Under the pieces are notes generated by a model, which was not told the DNA's origin, did not search any database, and was given only the letters and a program-made list of their open reading frames with translations. The position numbers and the translations under genes are program-made. A DNA stretch of 64,000 nucleotides. Source: an uncultured delta proteobacterium (GTDB lineage Bacteria; Myxococcota_A; Polyangia; Polyangiales; Polyangiaceae). The DNA lies in the NCBI GenBank assembly GCA_963827955.1, contig CAWHDJ010000018.1:1181297-1245296 (forward strand), written 5' to 3'. Position 1 is the first letter of the stretch; each line of letters begins with the position of its first letter. Of the stretch, positions 58,508-64,000 are shown one piece after another.

Positions 58508-59599
58508 ATGAAGATCCGTCCAGTGGGGGCGGCGAGACTCCGCGCCTCCCTCGCGAAGCCCAACGGGGAGGGGGAGGGGGATGACGAAGCCGCCGACCGG
58601 GCGCTGCCCGACGATCTCGATGGGCATCTCCGGTCTCGACGACGTGCAGCATGTCTCCGCGAGCAGGAGCCCTGGAGTGACCTGCCCATCGTCCTCGTGA
58701 GCGTGCCCGGGGAGCCCCAGGAGGCGCGCGTACGGGCGCTGAAGCTCCTCGAGCCCGTGGGCAACATCGCGATCCTGGAGCGCCCCTTCCAGAAGCGGAC
58801 GCTGGTGAGCGTGTTCGAGGCCGCGCTCCGCGCGCGCCGCCGGCAGTACCAGATGCGCGACGCCATGGGCGAGCTCCTGCGGGCGGAGCAGCAGCGCGTG
58901 AAGGCGGAGGCCGTCTCGCTGAGCGTCCACGCCCTCGCCAAGCCCGCGCTCTCCCGCGACAAGGTGCTCGCCGGCACCAATCGGATCGGCCGCGCCGCCG
59001 ACCGCATGAGCCGGATGATCCGCGATCTGCTCGACTTGACGCGGGAGCGTCAGGGCGGCGGCATCCCGATCGCGCCCGCGCCCACGGACATCGAGGGGAT
59101 CGCCCGGGGCGCGGTCGAGGAGATCCAGGCGGCGAGCCCCGACCGTCGCATCCTCCTGACGATCGACGGCGACATGCGCGGCGAGTGGGATCCCGACCGG
59201 CTCTCGCAGGTCGTCACGAACCTGCTCGGCAACGCCGTCGCGTACAGCCCGCCCGACACCGCCGTATCGGTCGACCTCTACGCCGAGGGCGAAGGCGTCG
59301 TGCTCTCGGTGCACAACCTGGGGGATCCGATCCCTCCCGAGCGGATGGCGACGCTCTTCGACCCCTTCAAGCGCGCGCCGGCGCGGGGCGAGCGGGAGCC
59401 GGCCCGGCGCGGGCTCGGGCTCGGCCTCTTCATCGCCGACCGGATCGTCCGGGCCCACGGCGGCAAGGTCTCCGTGACGAGCACGGCCGAGGACGGGACG
59501 ACGTTCCGCGTGACCTTGCCGCGCCGCCGGCCGGTCCGGACCGCCGAGGCCGCGCACCTGGAGAACCTGCTCGCCGCGGTGCACGAGAGCTGCGCGTGA
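58508..59599 (+). CDS. sensor histidine kinase (HisKA + HATPase_c) with N-terminal receiver-like region
   Basis: The H-box region is followed by N, G1 ([25 protein letters not shown]) and G2 ([18 protein letters not shown]) boxes. The N-terminal 100 aa resemble the end of a receiver domain (PIVLVS...). Confidence 0.55.
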   Translation: MKIRPVGAARLRASLAKPNGEGEGDDEAADRALPDDLDGHLRSRRRAACLREQEPWSDLPIVLVSVPGEPQEARVRALKLLEPVGNIAILERPFQKRTLVSVFEAALRARRRQYQMRDAMGELLRAEQQRVKAEAVSLSVHALAKPALSRDKVLAGTNRIGRAADRMSRMIRDLLDLTRERQGGGIPIAPAPTDIEGIARGAVEEIQAASPDRRILLTIDGDMRGEWDPDRLSQVVTNLLGNAVAYSPPDTAVSVDLYAEGEGVVLSVHNLGDPIPPERMATLFDPFKRAPARGEREPARRGLGLGLFIADRIVRAHGGKVSVTSTAEDGTTFRVTLPRRRPVRTAEAAHLENLLAAVHESCA

Positions 59600-59640
59600 G
59601 CCCTTTGCTTCCCCTGGGCCCCTCTGGCATTGAGAGCCGC

Positions 59641-60036
59641 ATGCGCATCCTCCACACCATGCTCCGCGTCGGCGACCTCGATCGATCCATCGCGTTCTAC
59701 CGGGACGTGCTCGGGATGCAGCTCCTCCGCCGGAAGGACTACCCCGAGGGCAAGTTCACCCTCGCCTTCCTGGGCTACGAGAAGAACCCGGAGCAGGCCG
59801 AGATCGAGCTCACCCACAACTGGGGCGTCGAGACGTACGAGCTGGGCACGGCGTACGGGCACATCGCGATCGGCGTGGGCGACATCCACGCCGTGTGCGA
59901 TCGCATCCGCGCGGCGGGCGGAAAGATCACCCGCGAGCCCGGGCCGATGAAGCACGGGACGACGGTGATCGCGTTCGTGGTCGACCCGGACGGGTACAAG
60001 ATCGAGCTGATCGAAGAGGGCAGCCGGGGGCGCTGA
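59641..60036 (+). CDS. gloA: lactoylglutathione lyase (glyoxalase I)
   Basis: As I recall the E. coli GloA sequence, it is near-colinear: [20 protein letters not shown]...[14 protein letters not shown]...[21 protein letters not shown]. Confidence 0.8.
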   Translation: MRILHTMLRVGDLDRSIAFYRDVLGMQLLRRKDYPEGKFTLAFLGYEKNPEQAEIELTHNWGVETYELGTAYGHIAIGVGDIHAVCDRIRAAGGKITREPGPMKHGTTVIAFVVDPDGYKIELIEEGSRGR

Positions 60037-60040
60037 GCGC

Positions 60041-61508
60041 ATGGTGGAGGACGATCTCTTCGCCGAGGTGCCGAGGGAGCGGGGGATCTTCTGCAACCGC
60101 ACCCTCAACATGCGGTCCATCCGGGCCATCGGCTACGACATGGACTACACGCTGATCCACTACCTCAGCGAGGCGTGGGAGCGGCGCGCGTACGAGCACC
60201 TCCGGCAGAAGCTCCTCGCGATGGGCTGGCCGGTCGACTCCCTCGCGTTCGACCCGGGGTGGGTCATCCGGGGGCTCTGCCTCGACCTCGAGCTGGGCAA
60301 CGTGGTGAAGCCCAACCGCTTCGGCTACGTCAAGCGGGCGTACCACGGCACGAGGAGGCTCGAGTACGACGAGCAGCGGCGCGTCTACGCCCGCACGATC
60401 GTGGACCTGTCCGAGCCGCGCTGGGTCTTCCTCAATACGTTCTTCTCGCTGTCCGAGGGGTGCATGTACGGCCAGCTCGTCGACCTGCTCGACGCGCGGA
60501 GGCTGCCCGAGGTGCTCGGGTACACGGAGCTCTACGATCGGATGAAGCGCGCGCTCGACCTCGCGCACATGGAGGGCGCGCTCAAGGCCGAGATCACCGA
60601 GCGCCCCGAGGACTACGTCGTCCTCGACCCGGAGACGCCGCTCGCGCTCCTCGACCAGAGGCGCGCGGGCAAGAAGCTGCTGCTCGTCTCGAACTCGGAG
60701 TGGTTTTACACGCGCGCGATCATGCGGTACGCGTTCGACCGCTTCCTCCCCGATGGGATGGGCTTCCGCGACCTCTTCGACGTCTTCATCGTCTCGGCCC
60801 GCAAGCCCGAGTTCTTCACCGAGCGGGCGCCGCTCTTCGAGGTGGTGAACGACGACGGGCTCTGCCGCCCGGCGCTCGGGCTCTCGGAGGGCCGCGCCTT
60901 CCTCGGCGGGCACGCGGGGCTCGTGGAGAGCTACCTGGGGATGTCGGGCGACGAGATCCTGTACGTGGGGGACCACATCTACGGCGACGTGAAGGTATCG
61001 AAGAGCGTACTCCGCTGGCGGACGGCGCTCATCGTGCGGGAGCTGGAGGGCGAGATCCTGGCGGAGGACGCGGCGCTCGCGGCCGAGGAGCGGCTCTCCG
61101 GCCTGATGCGGGACAAGGAGCGCCTGGAGCACGCGCACGCGCGCGTGCGGCTCGAGCTGCTGCGGCTGAAGGACGGCGACGGGGCGGGCGCGGGCGCGGT
61201 CTCCGAGGAGGATCTGACGGCGAAGATGAACGGGCTGCGCTCGAGGATGGCCGCTCGACGCGGAGATCGCCCCGCTGGCGAAGGCGTCGAGCGAGCTCAT
61301 CAACCCGCGCTGGGGCCTGCTCTTCCGCGCGGGCAACGACAAGAGCCACCTGGCGCGGCAGCTCGAGCGATCGGCCGACATCTACACCTCGCGGGTCTCG
61401 AACTTCCTCCTCCGCACCCCCTTCGCCTACATGCGCCCCCCGCGCGGCAGCCTCCCGCACGACCCGATCGCGGCCGCCCCGGGCCCGCTCCCTGTTGATA
61501 GCGCCTAG
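60041..61508 (+). CDS. HAD-superfamily 5'-nucleotidase (cN-II-like), frameshift near 61255
   Basis: It has IGYDMDYTLIHY (HAD motif I DxDxT). The C-terminus (LDAEIAPLAKASSELINPRWGLLFRAGNDKSHL...) is in a second frame, with stop TAG 61506-61508. Confidence 0.6.
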
Positions 61509-61524
61509 ATATGCGAACCGTGCG

Positions 61525-63133
61525 ATAGAACCCCGGGCGTCAGCCCTGGGCATTGGTCTCATCTGCGGGCGGACGAGCGGGGCGGTGCGCCGGTGGCGAA
61601 AATGATGGCCGATCGGGTCAGCGTGAGGGCTGGCGCGCCGGAGTCCATGTAGTCGTACTGGACAACCGTCCCGCGGGTGGTCGTGCCGCTCGATGGATGA
61701 AGGCTGCGAGATTGAGCGATGGGCGGAGGAGCAGGTTGCCTCGGCGAAACTTGGCGACGTACGGCGAGTCCGGCGCGCAGCGTCGATGCTGCGACGCACC
61801 GCTGAGCAACCTGCGGGTCGGCTGACGGAGGTCTTCGAAGCGCGTGCGGAGCTGCAGGCCGCGTACGACTTCATCGAGGGCGACATCTCTTCGAGGGCGC
61901 TCATCACGGGGTTCGCGAAGGCGTCGCTTCGCGTGGTGGGCGGCGCCTCGTTCTTCTACGCGATCGTCGATGGGACCAGCTTCTCGCTCACGGACGCCTC
62001 GAAGACGAAGGACTTCGGATCCATCGGCATGCGCTCGCTGCCGACGCGAGGGTTGAAGGTCCTCGACATGCTCGCGGTAGCTGCCGACGGCACTCCCGTG
62101 GGGTTGCTCGATCTCGAGTTCTGGGCGCGCGGGCCGAAGAGCAAGAAACCGCGGTCCGTGCGACGACGCGAAGGGGAAACCGAGACGGCACGATGGGCCG
62201 ACTTCGTGACCCGTACCGGCGAACAGGTGCACCAGGAGGCGCCCTCGTGTGTGCCGTGGTTCCTGATCGACCGTGAGGGTGACAACGCCGGGGTTCTGCG
62301 TGCCGCTGCGAAGCACGGGCATTTCACCATTCGCGCCGTCCAGGACCGTCCTGTGGTGCTCGCGAACGGCCGACGGCGCCTGCTGTTCAAGCACATGCAC
62401 AAGCGCCGCACCGTGGGCAGCTACTACCTCGACGTGCCCGCCGGGCCGAACCGACGCGCCCGCCGCGCACTGCTCGACGTGCGCTTCGCCGACGTCGTGC
62501 TCGATCTACCTGAGTACGCCACGGACAGCCGCACGACGTTGAGCGTGCGCGTGGTCTGGGCCCACGAGCGTCGTGCGCCGCACGGCGAAGACCGTATCGA
62601 TTGGATGCTCCTCACCGACGCCGACGTGAACGGGTTCGATGACGCCATGGACATCATCGCGGGCTACAGCCACAGGTGGCGGGCGGAAGACTTTCACCGG
62701 GCCTGGAAGCGCGGTCATTGCAACGTCGAGGACACACAGCTGCACACCAAGGACCACGTCATCCGCTGGGCTACAATGCTCGCTGCCGTGGCTGCTCGCG
62801 TCGAACGCCTCAAGCACCTCGCCCGCACCCAACCCGATGCTCCGGCCACGATCGCGCTGTCCGCGATCGAGATCGAGGCGCTCCGCGCCGCGAAGACCAA
62901 GATCAAGATGCGCACCGAGACCATCCCGGAGGGCGTGCCCAGCATCGCCCAAGCCGTCCGCTGGATCGCCGACCTCGGCGGCTACACCGGCAAGTCCTCC
63001 GGCGGGCCCCCGGGCTCCACGACGATCGGACGTGGGTTGGAGCGCCTGATGATCTGGGCCGACGCGTTCGAATATGCCGAGAAACTGCGGCAAAAATGAG
63101 ACCAATGCCCAGGGCTGACGCCCGGGGTTCTAT
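61525..63133 (+). mobile_element. IS4-family insertion sequence (1609 bp) with 38-bp perfect terminal inverted repeats
   Basis: The left end ATAGAACCCCGGGCGTCAGCCCTGGGCATTGGTCTCAT (61525-61562) is the exact reverse complement of 63096-63133. It encloses a single 468-aa transposase ORF, is inserted between convergent genes, and has no obvious target-site duplication. Confidence 0.8.
61693..63099 (+). CDS. DDE transposase, IS4 family (YREK signature)
   Basis: YSHRWRAEDFHRAWK matches Y-x2-R-x3-E-x6-K. The ORF is intact and its stop codon lies inside the right inverted repeat. Confidence 0.7.
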   Translation: MDEGCEIERWAEEQVASAKLGDVRRVRRAASMLRRTAEQPAGRLTEVFEARAELQAAYDFIEGDISSRALITGFAKASLRVVGGASFFYAIVDGTSFSLTDASKTKDFGSIGMRSLPTRGLKVLDMLAVAADGTPVGLLDLEFWARGPKSKKPRSVRRREGETETARWADFVTRTGEQVHQEAPSCVPWFLIDREGDNAGVLRAAAKHGHFTIRAVQDRPVVLANGRRRLLFKHMHKRRTVGSYYLDVPAGPNRRARRALLDVRFADVVLDLPEYATDSRTTLSVRVVWAHERRAPHGEDRIDWMLLTDADVNGFDDAMDIIAGYSHRWRAEDFHRAWKRGHCNVEDTQLHTKDHVIRWATMLAAVAARVERLKHLARTQPDAPATIALSAIEIEALRAAKTKIKMRTETIPEGVPSIAQAVRWIADLGGYTGKSSGGPPGSTTIGRGLERLMIWADAFEYAEKLRQK

Positions 63134-63138
63134 ACGTT

Positions 63139-64000
63139 TTATTTGTGCCAGTACGTGTCCAGGTAAATCTCGTCCTCGTCGTCGGTCAGCCCCGCCCCGT
63201 GGCGGTTGTCGGACCATGCGGTGACGAAGCTGGTCCCCGTCGCCGCCAGGGTCGGGTACATCGGCGGGAGCGCGATCGAGCCGGGCATCTCCACGTACGT
63301 GTCGAGCAGCTTCGAGAGGTCCGGCGCGACGGTGTTGGCGGCCATGCCGATGTGGCCGCCGGTCGGGTCGCACTCCGATCGTTGATCCTCCCAGAACAGC
63401 GCGAACCCCTCGGGCACCTGCGCGATTCGCGGGTACTCGCGCGTGCCCTGGTGATTGAAGATCGGCTTGGGCGCGGCGAGGAGCTTGCCCGTCTCGTCGA
63501 TCTTCACCGCGAAGACGAGGTCGCGCTCCTCCGTGTCGTCGCACCCGACGGGGTTCTCCGCGGCGGCGGTGTCCACGCCCTCGTAGACCAGGACGAAGGA
63601 GCCGTCGGGGAGCGCGAGGAGGTGGTTGCCGAAGAGCTGCGGATCCCAGCTCGTCGCCTCGACGGGCGCGGGTTTGTTCGCCAGCGTGCCGGTGGCGAGG
63701 TCCACCACGGCGAGGAAGACCTTGGGCTCGTTGAGCTGGACGAGGACGTTGTACACGTCGCGCACGTACGCGACGAGGCAGACGCCGGCGTTGCAGGCGA
63801 TGCTCATCTCGGCGAGCGGCTCGAGGGCCTGCGGGCCCTGGGTGCTCTCCGGAGGCTGCGGCTGGTCGCTGTCGAGCGTGAGGGGCCCGGAGAGCATGTT
63901 CTTGCTCGTGTCCCAGCGGGCGAAGCGGATCTCGACGGGCGGCGGGTTGCTCGGATCGGTCGCCGGCGTGATGTGCAGCCACGCGGCCGAGAAGCCGCTC
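63139..64000 (-). CDS. hypothetical secreted protein, 5' end outside the window
   Basis: ORF 63139..63897 looks protein-like and the reading frame stays open to the window edge. No domain is recognised. Confidence 0.35.
   Translation of the reverse strand, partial: SGFSAAWLHITPATDPSNPPPVEIRFARWDTSKNMLSGPLTLDSDQPQPPESTQGPQALEPLAEMSIACNAGVCLVAYVRDVYNVLVQLNEPKVFLAVVDLATGTLANKPAPVEATSWDPQLFGNHLLALPDGSFVLVYEGVDTAAAENPVGCDDTEERDLVFAVKIDETGKLLAAPKPIFNHQGTREYPRIAQVPEGFALFWEDQRSECDPTGGHIGMAANTVAPDLSKLLDTYVEMPGSIALPPMYPTLAATGTSFVTAWSDNRHGAGLTDDEDEIYLDTYWHK

Noticed and set aside
61511-63145. A target-site duplication flanking the IS element.
   Set aside because: The bases immediately outside the inverted repeats (..CCGTGCG / ACGTTTT..) do not form a convincing direct repeat.
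1-64000. Search for CRISPR arrays, tRNA or rRNA genes.
   Set aside because: There are no spacer-interspersed direct repeats. All repeats found are uninterrupted tandem arrays. I saw no cloverleaf-like conserved tRNA boxes or rRNA-like stretches in the intergenic regions, though I cannot exclude a tRNA without a scan.

Overview
This is a very GC-rich window (about 70-72% GC) with myxobacterial-style gene content: many lipobox lipoproteins, Ser/Thr-rich linkers, cysteine-rich repeat proteins, PQQ/TolB propellers and vWA domains. I support about 55 protein-coding genes from recognisable motifs in the ORF translations, one intact IS4-family insertion sequence with 38-bp perfect inverted repeats, four tandem-repeat arrays that all share a 21-bp period, and two conspicuous hairpins. 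I found no rRNA, tRNA or CRISPR array.

The main findings are:

- **Major vault protein (MVP) locus.** A 955-aa gene at 30567-33434 has clear similarity to eukaryotic MVP. It is followed on the same strand by an uncharacterised 764-aa membrane protein with an EF-hand-like loop.
- **Low-GC island.** At 28357-30280, about 60% GC, an AAA_21/ABC-type ATPase sits with a 194-aa partner. Architecturally this resembles two-gene anti-phage modules (AbiL, PARIS, Septu). Upstream are three tandem 21-bp palindromic repeats, and a ribbon-helix-helix gene converges on the island.
- **Hsp70-like ATPase.** An Hsp70 nucleotide-binding-domain homologue carries an unusual N-terminal extension of about 300 aa and is co-oriented with a PQQ-propeller protein.
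- **Orphan immunity gene.** A lower-GC SUKH/SMI1-KNR4 immunity-like gene is fused in frame to a 21-bp heptad-encoding repeat array.
- **Nucleotide-sugar cassette.** The genes resemble a GDP-heptose pathway: a GHMP (HddA-like) kinase, a nucleotidyltransferase, an epimerase and a methyltransferase.
- **Cysteine-rich secreted proteins.** A roughly 1130-aa secreted protein carries at least 12 CxxCGxxC repeats.
- **Uneven frameshifts.** Many genes appear frameshifted, some once and two regions seven or eight times per kb (11.2-12.3 kb and 51.5-53.0 kb). Either these are genuine pseudogenes or the assembly carries uncorrected indels.

All coordinates are best estimates from the ORF track. I found at least one spot where my base-level reading disagreed with the ORF track, so I rely on the track for frames.
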